64,000 nucleotides of DNA from an uncultured Gammaproteobacteria bacterium (lineage in GTDB: Bacteria > Patescibacteriota > Microgenomatia > UBA8517). The DNA lies in NCBI GenBank assembly GCA_964489145.1, contig CAZAXL010000005.1, forward strand, positions 7,255 through 71,254. Reading direction: 5' to 3'. Positions 1 to 8,788 of this stretch are shown piece after piece (position 1 is the stretch's first letter; every line of letters starts with the position of its first letter). The notes under the pieces are model-generated. The model was not told the origin of the DNA, ran no database searches, and saw only the letters and a list, made by a program, of their open reading frames with translations. A program made the translations under genes and the position numbers.

Positions 1-27
1 AAGTGTTAGGCAGGTGACCATATAAAA

Positions 28-246
28 ATGGATCAAAATACTAAAAAGAAAATCAGATTGGAAGATCTTCCGGATTTGCTCACCGTTCGTGAAGTGAGCG
101 AGCTTCTCAGAGTTTCTCCTTTAACTATCAAGCGTTGGGGAAAAAGAGGAAAACTTCCCGCAATCCGCATTAACTCCAGAGGAGATAGGCGCTATAAGAA
201 AGAAGCCGTACTTTGGTTACTAGGAATGCAATCCAAGGAAGAATAA
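28..246 (+). CDS. Excisionase-family helix-turn-helix DNA-binding protein (MerR/Xis-like HTH)
   Basis: 72 aa. Motif 'LLTVREVSELLRVSPLTIKRWGKRGKLPAIRI..GDRRYKKEAV' fits the excisionase-type HTH pattern. ATG 7 nt from window position 21. Confidence 0.55.
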   Translation: MDQNTKKKIRLEDLPDLLTVREVSELLRVSPLTIKRWGKRGKLPAIRINSRGDRRYKKEAVLWLLGMQSKEE

Positions 247-351
247 ACCCTCAATAATTACTAATTATAAATTTAAAATTACGAATAAAATTAAAAATTA
301 GAATTTCTAAATTCGAATTTGATTTAAAATTTTAAATTCGAAATTCATCAA

Positions 352-2160
352 TTAGTCCAATTTAATTTGTAAATTCCAGAAATGTGAGTACAGCGAATCC
401 TTTTTCTTGAGTAGGCTCTCATGAGTTCCCACTTCTTTTATTCGGCCGTGTTCCATAACCACAATTTTATCTGCTCTCATAATAGTTGAAAGCCTATGGG
501 CAACAATTATAGTGGTTTTTCCGGCACGAGCCTTCCAGAAAGCCTCCTGAATCAGCTTTTCGGATTCGCTATCAAGCTGGCTTGTAGCCTCGTCAAAAAC
601 AACAATATCGGGGTCACTTAAGATCATTCTTGCGATTGCCAATCTCTGTTTTTGGCCTCCGGAAAGCTTAACTCCGCGCTCGCCGACTTCGGTATCGTAT
701 TTTTTGGGCAAACTTTGGACAAAGTCATCAATATTGGCTATTTTTGCGGCCTCCCTGATTTCGGACAGCTTCGAGTGGTCTTTTCCATAGCCGATGTTAT
801 ATGCAATGGTGTTATTGAAAAGTATCGGTTCTTGGGGAACAATTCCAATAAACCCTCTTAAAGTATCTTTTGTAAAATCCTTAATATTTATGCCGTCAAT
901 CATAATACTGCCGGATGATAAGTCGAAAAATCTCATCAGAAGTTTGACCAAACTGGTTTTCCCGGATCCGCTTCGTCCAACAAGGGCCACAGACTGACCC
1001 TGGTCAATTTTTAGGTTAATCCCATCGATTGCATTTTTAACCCTATTTTTGTATGCGAATTTGACATTATTAAACGTCACTTCGCCATGAATATGACCAG
1101 GTCTTACCTCGGAGGTATATTCTCCCTTGTTTCCTGCGGGATAAACATGGCCGACCTTTATCGGCTTTTCCGGATCTTTTACGTCAATTTGATAATCTAA
1201 AAGTTCAAAATACTTCTTAATATCGGCAAGATTGGTCGATATCTCCCTAAGTCCATAAATTAGATCAAAAAGTTTGGGAAAGAACATACTTACGTAGCTG
1301 ATTATTAACACAAAATCTCCAATTCCAATGCCACCTGCCTTTATCAAATTTAAGGAAAAAGCCAGTACCAGAAAAATAGAAATGTTTACAAGGGAGCCAA
1401 CGCTCATGTCGATCATTCTGTAAGTCCAAAAATGTCTCCAAAGGAACCTTTTCCAGGTTTTGAATGTGTTTTTGAGACGGTTTTGTTCCCAGCCCTCCTT
1501 GGCAAAGAGCTTCACAGTCTCATAATTTATAAGGTTGTCGGTGATAATTCCCGATATTTGGTCTTCCCATTCGTTGAATTCGTTACGTGTTTTGATGTTG
1601 TAGCCGGCCAAATATTTAGTAGCTACCAGGGTTAGCAGGAAGGAGCCTACAAATATAAGGATGAACCTGTAGTCGATTTGGATGAAAAAGTAGCCCATGA
1701 CGGTAAATCCAATGACAATTTCCCACATTCTTTGGTTGAGCCGGTCATAAAGACCCCAAAAAGCATTATCTCCGCGTTTGAAAGCACTAATTAAAGCTCC
1801 GGTGCTTTTTCCGGAATGGAAGGAAAAATCCAATTCCTGAACGTACTTAAATATCGCTCTTCTAATATCAATAGATGTATCTATAGCGACAATATCACCC
1901 AAAAGATATTTGAGGTTGGCAAATATAAGACCGGCAAACTGGGTGGCAATATAGATTAGGATCAACTTATAAAGGTAGTCAAGGTTGCCATCCTGCAGGG
2001 CATTTACAAACAGCTTGAAAAAATAGGGAGTAATGAGTTCAAACACGTAGGCAAAGGTGGTGGCAATCATTGCCAGGATAAACCACCACTTATGTTTCCA
2101 AATAAACGAATAAAATCTTCTGATAATTTTTAACATTTTTATAATTTCACAAGACGCCAC
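352..2160 (-). CDS. ABC exporter, fused permease + ATP-binding domains (MsbA/ABCB-type)
   Basis: 602 aa. N-terminal 6-TM region, Walker A 'GRSGSGKTS', ABC signature 'LSGGQKQRLAIARM', Walker B 'IVVFDEATS'. Confidence 0.85.
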   Translation of the reverse strand: MASCEIIKMLKIIRRFYSFIWKHKWWFILAMIATTFAYVFELITPYFFKLFVNALQDGNLDYLYKLILIYIATQFAGLIFANLKYLLGDIVAIDTSIDIRRAIFKYVQELDFSFHSGKSTGALISAFKRGDNAFWGLYDRLNQRMWEIVIGFTVMGYFFIQIDYRFILIFVGSFLLTLVATKYLAGYNIKTRNEFNEWEDQISGIITDNLINYETVKLFAKEGWEQNRLKNTFKTWKRFLWRHFWTYRMIDMSVGSLVNISIFLVLAFSLNLIKAGGIGIGDFVLIISYVSMFFPKLFDLIYGLREISTNLADIKKYFELLDYQIDVKDPEKPIKVGHVYPAGNKGEYTSEVRPGHIHGEVTFNNVKFAYKNRVKNAIDGINLKIDQGQSVALVGRSGSGKTSLVKLLMRFFDLSSGSIMIDGINIKDFTKDTLRGFIGIVPQEPILFNNTIAYNIGYGKDHSKLSEIREAAKIANIDDFVQSLPKKYDTEVGERGVKLSGGQKQRLAIARMILSDPDIVVFDEATSQLDSESEKLIQEAFWKARAGKTTIIVAHRLSTIMRADKIVVMEHGRIKEVGTHESLLKKKDSLYSHFWNLQIKLD

Positions 2161-2348
2161 AAAACCCTTTTCGACAAGCTCAGAGCTATAGCCTTACGGG
2201 GTTGTTTTGGCGGCGAAACCCAATTATAAGCTCAACTTAAGTTGATATTCAAGAAGTACTTTATGCATACCAAAGATCTAGCCTTGCAGGTAGAGATTTT
2301 TAAGCCAGTTTGTGCTACAATATACATACTTTCAAAAAGTTTACTTCC

Positions 2349-3233
2349 ATGCGAAAACTAATTGGTTTGCTATTTGCTATAGTCTTGGTATTGGCCGTGT
2401 CAGGCTCGTTGCCTGTAGTGGCTGTGACTTCCAGTCCAGTTCCGTCTCCCACACCAACCGCAACCCTAGAACCTACTCCCATTGCTCCTCCAGTTGATAT
2501 TACCCAAAAAAGTATGGAATCTCTGGGTCCTTTGGAAAGACTTTTGGAAAGTCAGGAGTTAGGGTCTGTTTGGCCATTTAACCCTGTTAAATATGCCATA
2601 AGAGGGGCCATTGATGCCGGAGTTCCTGCAAATACACTAGTCCTTTTGCTTCTTCTGCCGATTGTTACTTTTGTTATAGCTTTTTCGCGTAATGTTGTGG
2701 GTATCAGAGGATTTGGTATCTTCCTACCTGCGGCTCTTTCTGTCGTGTTTGTGGCCACAGGTCCGGTTGTGGGAATTGGGCTTTTTTTGGTGATTGTTGC
2801 AGTCTCAACTCTTGTTCGTATGATACTTCGCAAACTGAAAGTAAAACTCCAATATCTCCCGAGAATGTCATTTATTTTTTGGGCAGTGGTTTTTGCTGTC
2901 TTGGGGGTATTGTTCTTAGCGCCAGTCCTAAATTTTCCGTCTCTTGCCAACGTTTCAATCTTTGCCGTACTTGTCCTGATTCTTCTGGCAGAAGAGTTTA
3001 GCCGGGTTCAGCTTGGAAAAAGTGCCAAAACGGCAGCCAACCTTACTTTTGAAACATTAATTTTGTCTTTAATTTCCTATCTTTTCCTTACACTCCATCC
3101 ACTAAGGGAGTACGTGCTTCTAAGACCCGAGATTTCCTTAATCTCAGTTGCAATAGCCGACCTGGTGCTCGGAAAATACACCGGACTTAGGGTTATGGAA
3201 TTTTATCGTTTTAGAAAACTTATACGAAGTTAA
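2349..3233 (+). CDS. Polytopic (about 7 TM) membrane protein with Pro/Thr-rich extracytoplasmic N-terminus, 7TM-transglutaminase-associated-like
   Basis: Signal/TM 'MRKLIGLLFAIVLVLAV', then 'SSPVPSPTPTATLEPTPIAPP', then multiple hydrophobic helices. Immediately upstream of the ATP-grasp genes. The ORF track starts at 2310; the internal Met at 2349 is more plausible. Confidence 0.45.
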   Translation: MRKLIGLLFAIVLVLAVSGSLPVVAVTSSPVPSPTPTATLEPTPIAPPVDITQKSMESLGPLERLLESQELGSVWPFNPVKYAIRGAIDAGVPANTLVLLLLLPIVTFVIAFSRNVVGIRGFGIFLPAALSVVFVATGPVVGIGLFLVIVAVSTLVRMILRKLKVKLQYLPRMSFIFWAVVFAVLGVLFLAPVLNFPSLANVSIFAVLVLILLAEEFSRVQLGKSAKTAANLTFETLILSLISYLFLTLHPLREYVLLRPEISLISVAIADLVLGKYTGLRVMEFYRFRKLIRS

Positions 3234-3252
3234 ATATTAAAAGCTCTCACTT

Positions 3253-4545
3253 ATGAAAGTCTCATCTATTCTTGGTCTAAATGCCCGTACTCAACTTTTT
3301 GCGTACAAGTACAATACCAAACGTGGCAAAAATATTGCTGATAGCAAGATTCAGTCAGCCAGGGTGCTTAAAAAGGCAAAAGTAGCTCGTCCTAAAATTT
3401 ATAAAAAATTTATCGATCCCAGGCAAGTTATGGAATTTGACTGGAATGCCCTTCCACCCAAATTTGCCTTAAAGCCCAGCCGTGGTATGGGGGGGGAGGG
3501 AATTATAGTTGTAAAAAGAAGACTTAAAGATGGGGGATGGTTAACTACTCAAAAAGAGAGAATAAAGGTCGATGATCTCAAACTCCACACACTGGATATT
3601 TTGGAAGGAGCCTATTCGATGGGAAACGTTCCTGACGTTGCCTTTATACAGGAATATATAGGGCGTGCTAAAGTCTTCCGAAGGTGGGCATATCGCGGAA
3701 CTCCTGATATACGTATTATTATTTTTAATAAAATTCCGGTGATGGCGATGCTCAGGCTTCCCACTAAAGAATCCGGTGGACGTGCCAATTTACATCAGGG
3801 GGCAATTGGGGTTGGGGTTGATATTGCTACAGGGATTACAACAAAAGCCATTTGGCATGGAGAGGAAATTGTGTTCAAACCGGGGACAGAGAGGAAGCTT
3901 CGGGGAATAAAAATACCCGGTTGGAATTTGATTTTGGAGACAGCTATCAAAGCGCAGGAGGTATCTCATTTGGGCTACTTGGGAGTAGACATTGTAATTC
4001 ACCCCGAAAAAGGCCCAATGATATTGGAACTTAATGCCCAGCCAGGGCTTCAAATACAGCTTGCAAATGGAGAGGGTCTTAAAAAAAGACTTGAAAGGGT
4101 GGAAGACCTTGAAGTTACTGATGCTGAACATGGAATCAGGATTGCAAGGGCTCTTTTTGCGGGTAGGTTTGAAAATAGAAAAGCTTTAGAGGAGGGAATT
4201 AAAACAATCAAAAATGATGAAGTAATTAAAATAGTACTTCCCAACAAGCGAAGGGTTGAAGTTATGGCCAAGGTCGATACAGGAGCATGGAGAAGCTCAA
4301 TAGATAAAACTTTTGCAGAGAATAATGGTCTTTTGCAAAAAGATAATATTCTTTGGACAAAAGTTTTTAAAAGCGCTTTAGGATCCGAGGAAAGGGCGGT
4401 TATTAATATTAGTTTTTACTTGGCGGGAAGACGGATTAATACAATAGCATCGGTATCAAACAGAAAAGGTTTGAAAAAGATCTTTATTATTGGACGACGT
4501 GACCTTCAGGGGTTTTTAGTTAAAGTAGACGATGTTGCAAAATAA
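3253..4545 (+). CDS. ATP-grasp amidoligase (alpha-L-glutamate-ligase/RimK-related) fused to C-terminal retropepsin-like aspartyl-protease domain
   Basis: 430 aa. ATP-grasp core 'KPSRGMGGEGIIVV...YIGR...ILELNAQPG'. C-terminal 'KVDTGAWRSSID' is a D-T/S-G-A aspartyl-protease motif. Confidence 0.7.
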   Translation: MKVSSILGLNARTQLFAYKYNTKRGKNIADSKIQSARVLKKAKVARPKIYKKFIDPRQVMEFDWNALPPKFALKPSRGMGGEGIIVVKRRLKDGGWLTTQKERIKVDDLKLHTLDILEGAYSMGNVPDVAFIQEYIGRAKVFRRWAYRGTPDIRIIIFNKIPVMAMLRLPTKESGGRANLHQGAIGVGVDIATGITTKAIWHGEEIVFKPGTERKLRGIKIPGWNLILETAIKAQEVSHLGYLGVDIVIHPEKGPMILELNAQPGLQIQLANGEGLKKRLERVEDLEVTDAEHGIRIARALFAGRFENRKALEEGIKTIKNDEVIKIVLPNKRRVEVMAKVDTGAWRSSIDKTFAENNGLLQKDNILWTKVFKSALGSEERAVINISFYLAGRRINTIASVSNRKGLKKIFIIGRRDLQGFLVKVDDVAK

Positions 4546-5470
4546 AAATAGGCAAGAAATTATGAAAAAAATATTAATTTTAGTAGGAGTGATGGGACCT
4601 AAAAAAGAAGTTCTTGTTCAAGATATTGCCTCAAGAATTGGTAAAGATACAGATATTACTTTGGCGGAATTTTCGGATTTGTATTTTTCCATTTCGGACA
4701 AGAATATTTATGTCGAGATCGCAGGGACGCCAATTACCAATTTTGATTTGGTTTATTTCAGACGGGCAGGGGGAGGTTTTTCAATTGTTGCTGCTACACT
4801 TGCCACCTGTCTTAAAGCAAAAAACATCAAGTTTATAGATTCTTCGTGGGGTGAAATAGGGCCCTTAGGAAGTAAGTTTACGTCTTTGGTAAAACTCTGC
4901 GTAGAAGGGCTTCCGATAATTAAAAGTATCTATGTAAGGCAAAAACAAATAAATAAATATAACGAGAGGATTGTCAAAGAATTGGGTCTTCCACTGGTAG
5001 CAAAAGAGCTTTCAATGCAAAAGGGAAAAGGGGTATATAAGATAGAATCTATCCTGGATTTTGCAAAACTTCCGGCAAAATCTTCAAGCGATTCGGATAA
5101 TCAGTTTCTTTTTCAAGAATATAAAAATTTGGGAGACGAATACAGACTATTGGTTTTAGGACGAAAGGTTCGTGTTTGGGAGAAAAAGATTTTAACTGTC
5201 AACGGCGAATTTCGCCACAACGTTTCTTTGGGTGCCAGAGAAGAATTTTTGGATATAGAAAAAATCCCAGATGACCTTGCGAAGATTGCAGAAGATGCGG
5301 CTATTAAGTTAAATTTACAAATAGCAGGAGTTGATGTTGCGGCAGATAAAAATACCGGTAAATACTATCTGATTGAAGTTAATAGAGGGCCGGGATTTAC
5401 TTACGACACTGAAGTGTCACCCGAGATGGATGAAATTGCTAAATTTTTAAAAGAGGAAACGGAAAAATAA
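4532..5470 (+). CDS. RimK-like ATP-grasp ligase
   Basis: 312 aa. 'LPLVAKELSMQKGKGVYKI', 'YRLLVLGRKVRVWEKK', 'IAGVDVAADKNTGKYYLIEVNRGPGF' match the RimK/GSH-synthetase-like ATP-grasp fold. Overlaps the upstream gene by 14 nt. Confidence 0.7.
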   Translation: MLQNKNRQEIMKKILILVGVMGPKKEVLVQDIASRIGKDTDITLAEFSDLYFSISDKNIYVEIAGTPITNFDLVYFRRAGGGFSIVAATLATCLKAKNIKFIDSSWGEIGPLGSKFTSLVKLCVEGLPIIKSIYVRQKQINKYNERIVKELGLPLVAKELSMQKGKGVYKIESILDFAKLPAKSSSDSDNQFLFQEYKNLGDEYRLLVLGRKVRVWEKKILTVNGEFRHNVSLGAREEFLDIEKIPDDLAKIAEDAAIKLNLQIAGVDVAADKNTGKYYLIEVNRGPGFTYDTEVSPEMDEIAKFLKEETEK

Positions 5471-5477
5471 CATTTAA

Positions 5478-6428
5478 ATGAAACAAATTAAAATCGGGAT
5501 AATGTTTTCCAAAGATTTTACAGGGAATGAACCACTTAGCCATATTGTGGTTAAGCTTCCTGTTTATAAGAGGTTTCTTGAACTTTGCCAGGCGGAAGGT
5601 TGGAAAGTATATGTCTTAACCCGCAAAACTTATGTTGGCAACGGAACTTTTAAAGGCGCTTGGCATTTTGATAATGGAAAATTCTTTAAAGTTTTAGATC
5701 CAGTCAAAATCGATTTAGTATATGACAGGTCGGGTGGGGTAATGTTACCGCCGTCTGGGGATGAAAGTTTGATTTGGGTTAACAGGAGAGACTTTAAGCT
5801 TTTAGCATGGGACAAATGGGCAGCCTTCAATATCATTGGTGAATACATGCCACAAACTTTTATTATTGAGGACAGAAAGAAGCTGTCAAAAATTCTCACT
5901 CAAATTAAAAGCGATTGTGTAGTTCTTAAGCCACTTAACGGACTCAAAGGAATCGGAATTTTTATCGGACCAAAAAAAGAAGCACTGAATTTTAAATTTA
6001 ACGAAAGGTACAACCGTTATATTGCTCAGGGGTTTGTAGACACGGGAAGTGGAATCCCCGGCATTACTTTGGGGCTACATGACCTCCGAATTGTGATAGT
6101 AAATGGCAAACCGGTATGGTGTCATGTTAGAGTTCCGGCTGATGGAAGTCTTTTGGCAAACGCTGCACAGGGGGGAAATATTACAGAAATAGATTACGAT
6201 AAAATTCCGGAATCTATCAAAAAAATTGTTGGTAATATTACAACATTTTTTTCATGGAAATATGATAACCCAATTTATAGTTTGGATTTTGGGGTTGGAA
6301 AAAACGGCAAACCCTACATTTTTGAAATAAATGACCAAATGGGTTTTCCAAAATGGGAGATGGATAAAAAAGATATGTTTTTACAGGAACTTGTAGAGAA
6401 TTTTAAGACAAAGCTTCAAAGGAGCTAA
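5478..6428 (+). CDS. ATP-grasp family ligase (RimK/YheC-D-like)
   Basis: 316 aa. 'VVLKPLNGLKGIGIFI', 'GFVDTGSG', 'LRIVIVNGKPVWCHVR', 'YIFEINDQMGFP' match the ATP-grasp C-terminal half. Confidence 0.6.
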   Translation: MKQIKIGIMFSKDFTGNEPLSHIVVKLPVYKRFLELCQAEGWKVYVLTRKTYVGNGTFKGAWHFDNGKFFKVLDPVKIDLVYDRSGGVMLPPSGDESLIWVNRRDFKLLAWDKWAAFNIIGEYMPQTFIIEDRKKLSKILTQIKSDCVVLKPLNGLKGIGIFIGPKKEALNFKFNERYNRYIAQGFVDTGSGIPGITLGLHDLRIVIVNGKPVWCHVRVPADGSLLANAAQGGNITEIDYDKIPESIKKIVGNITTFFSWKYDNPIYSLDFGVGKNGKPYIFEINDQMGFPKWEMDKKDMFLQELVENFKTKLQRS

Positions 6429-6562
6429 AAAAACTCCATCATTTAAATTCCGTACAATTGGTTTTAGTTGTATATATCGAGATAATTTTTTATTCTAAAG
6501 ACAACGACAATCTTTAAGTTTTTATACTCCTAATAAAATACGAAGATACATTTCTTACTCAA

Positions 6563-6597
6563 CAAAAAATCCCGCCTTTTTGGCGGGACCTTTTGTT
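6563..6597. terminator. Bidirectional Rho-independent terminator between the ATP-grasp cluster (+) and rplL (-)
   Basis: Hairpin 'CCCGCC-TTTTT-GGCGGG' flanked by an A-run on one side and a T-run on the other. Confidence 0.6.
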
Positions 6598-6660
6598 GTA
6601 GGAACTTATAGTTCCTCAGCTTTCACTGTAGAACTATCAATAACCTCAAATTAATTAAAG

Positions 6661-7065
6661 TTATTTAAGTTCCACTTTTGCTCCTGCTGCTGTAAGTTTG
6701 TCGGAAGCTGCTTTAGCGTCTTCTGCTTTAGCGTCTTTCAAAACTTCGGCCGGAACAGTGTCAGTCATTCCTTTGGCGTCCATTAAGGTTAGGTTGGGAT
6801 TGATTTCCCTTAAAGCCTTAATAACTGCAATTTTATTTGCACCGGAGTCGGTCATGACGACTGTTTTATTAGCACTTCCGGTATCTTCTGCTGGAGCTTC
6901 TCCTGCGGCTGCTGGGGCTGCTGCTGCAACCGGAAGCGCTGCGGAAACACCAAGCTTGTCTTGCAAAGCTGTGACTAATTCGGAAAGTTCCAAAACAGAA
7001 AGTTTAGAAACTTCCTCCACAATCTTTTCAACTTTTTCTGATACTTTTTTAGATTCTTCTGCCAT
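6661..7065 (-). CDS. rplL: 50S ribosomal protein L7/L12
   Basis: 134 aa. Ala-rich hinge and a conserved C-terminal domain 'KIAVIKALREI...AEVLKDAKAEDAKAASDKL..AGAKVELK'. Confidence 0.95.
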   Translation of the reverse strand: MAEESKKVSEKVEKIVEEVSKLSVLELSELVTALQDKLGVSAALPVAAAAPAAAGEAPAEDTGSANKTVVMTDSGANKIAVIKALREINPNLTLMDAKGMTDTVPAEVLKDAKAEDAKAASDKLTAAGAKVELK

Positions 7066-7086
7066 TTAATGATTCACCTCCGATCC

Positions 7087-7623
7087 CTATTTTTTACTGG
7101 CTGTGTCTAACACATAAACCAGTTTCTGCAAATTTGCATTCAATGTACCAACCAAGCCATATTCCACACCCATTAAAGTACCAAGGAACTGACCAAGAAG
7201 TGCATCGCGTCCTGGAAGAAGCGAGATTTGAGAGAGAGATTGAGAATCCTGGAATAATCCTTCAACAATACCGATTTTAAATTTCGGAACTGATTCGCCG
7301 GCTGCGCTGACAAATTCTTTAGCAAATTTTCCTAAAACTTGAATTGGGGCAACAGGATCGTCGGTTGCAATAATAAGAGCGGTTTGACCGGAAAGAATTT
7401 CGCCGGTTAGATTTTTATTGTCAAATCCTGCCGCATCGCCGGCACGGGAGAGGAGCGTGTTTTTAACAACAACCATTTTTCCACCAACTTTAGCCAGTCT
7501 TCTTTTAAGTTCTTGTTGGGGTTTAACGGCAAGTCCTGCGTAATTGACAAGGATTACCGACTTGGCGTCTTTTAGCTCAACTTTTAAATTGTCTACAAAT
7601 ACTATCTTTTCCAATTTTTTCAT
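7087..7623 (-). CDS. rplJ: 50S ribosomal protein L10
   Basis: Start taken at the internal Met 'MKKLEKIVFVDNLK'; the ORF track extends to 7656. L10 family similarity and position upstream of rplL. Confidence 0.9.
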   Translation of the reverse strand: MKKLEKIVFVDNLKVELKDAKSVILVNYAGLAVKPQQELKRRLAKVGGKMVVVKNTLLSRAGDAAGFDNKNLTGEILSGQTALIIATDDPVAPIQVLGKFAKEFVSAAGESVPKFKIGIVEGLFQDSQSLSQISLLPGRDALLGQFLGTLMGVEYGLVGTLNANLQKLVYVLDTASKK

Positions 7624-7640
7624 ATTTTTATATTTTGTCC

Positions 7641-7665
7641 AAAAAAAATCGCGCACGAGGCGCGA
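7641..7665 (-). terminator. GC-stem hairpin + U8 (attenuator/terminator) 18 nt upstream of the rplJ start
   Basis: Minus-strand sense 'TCGCGC-CTCGT-GCGCGA' followed by TTTTTTTT. Confidence 0.45.
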
Positions 7666-7758
7666 AAATCGCTTTTGCCTCGGTATGACTTATGCCAGTT
7701 TTTTCCTGGAGCATACTTTCTTAGGACAGGGGTATTATCTAATTTTTGAAGCGCAAAG

Positions 7759-7995
7759 TCAACTGGGATTATCGATTTGACTCTTTTTTAATTTTTCAAT
7801 TCTTCTTTGGGCATCCAATTTTTCCTGTAGTCTAGTTGGGTTTAGTTTAGCCACATCAAACTCTCTCTGAATTGAGTCGGGAGTTTCCAGCACCTTGGTG
7901 GTTAAAATCGGTTTTTGGAGCAATTGATTAAAGGCTCTTTCCGTCGATTCTTCTGTCATTTGGTTATAGTTTATCAAAAAACCAAAATTCATCAA
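7759..7995 (-). CDS. Hypothetical 78-aa ORF in the rplA-rplJ spacer (possibly non-coding leader)
   Basis: ORF only, no recognisable domain. It lies where L10-leader/attenuator RNA is expected. Confidence 0.2.
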   Translation of the reverse strand: MMNFGFLINYNQMTEESTERAFNQLLQKPILTTKVLETPDSIQREFDVAKLNPTRLQEKLDAQRRIEKLKKSQIDNPS

Positions 7996-8005
7996 ATCCC
8001 AAAAG

Positions 8006-8788
8006 TTATACCTTAACTTTCACTGATGGGCCCATTGTGGCTTTGATGTATGCTTTTTCGATTTGTTTTGTACCTCCAAAAGCCTTAAGAATAGCTTCAA
8101 GATTTTCAACCAACTCTGAATCCGCCTGAATTGTTTTGCCGACTACAGTGTGTACAAGGGGGGCTTCTCTTTCTGTTTTTAACGTAACCGTTGCAGTTGA
8201 AAACGACTTAACCTTTTTGGGATCGTTTATTAAAGTTCCATTTTTGGGATTTGGCATAAGGCCTTTAGGTCCTAAAAGTTTTGCGAATGGGACAAGTTTT
8301 GGCATCATATCGGGGGTTGCTACTAAAATATCAAAATCAATTTTTCCAGCTTGCAATTTAGTAACAGTGGCATCTGATGCCACTTCGACTTTCTTAACCC
8401 GGCCCGCCTGATGGGGAAGAGTAATCTGGATGGATGTTCCCGTCTTTTTGACAACAAGGTGTAGTTCCATTGTTCCGTCAAATTTTGAATAAGAAGTTTC
8501 CTTTACGAGTTTGACTGCTTCAGAAACTTTGTACAATTTTTCATGATCAAATTTAGCTTTAGACTGCCTGTATTTTTTACCCCTTATGCGTTCAATCTTT
8601 TTTGATTTTTTAGTGGCTTCGGTTTTTTGAGCTCCTTCTTCAATAATTGGGGACTCTTCGCCGGGCGCTGCCTCAACCACTTTGACTCTTTGACCACCTT
8701 TAAGTCCGGCCAAATGAACCTTTTCTTGTTCTTTTTCTTTCTTTTTATTGGAGTCTTCTCCGACAAACGCTGTTTTCATTTTTCCCAT
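8006..8788 (-). CDS. rplA: 50S ribosomal protein L1 with about 60-aa Lys/Glu-rich N-terminal extension
   Basis: 260 aa. L1 core 'KFDGTMELHLVV...LGPKGLMPNPKNGT'. The extra N-terminus is 'GEDSNKKKEKEQEK...'. Confidence 0.9.
   Translation of the reverse strand: MGKMKTAFVGEDSNKKKEKEQEKVHLAGLKGGQRVKVVEAAPGEESPIIEEGAQKTEATKKSKKIERIRGKKYRQSKAKFDHEKLYKVSEAVKLVKETSYSKFDGTMELHLVVKKTGTSIQITLPHQAGRVKKVEVASDATVTKLQAGKIDFDILVATPDMMPKLVPFAKLLGPKGLMPNPKNGTLINDPKKVKSFSTATVTLKTEREAPLVHTVVGKTIQADSELVENLEAILKAFGGTKQIEKAYIKATMGPSVKVKV

Noticed and set aside
2552-2950. 132-aa antisense ORF inside the 7TM gene, and the many similar antisense or embedded ORFs in the track (e.g. 652-997, 8136-8917, 9981-10591, 41554-42654)
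   Set aside because: They are embedded in well-supported genes on the opposite strand or in another frame and show no domain signatures. They are treated as noise.
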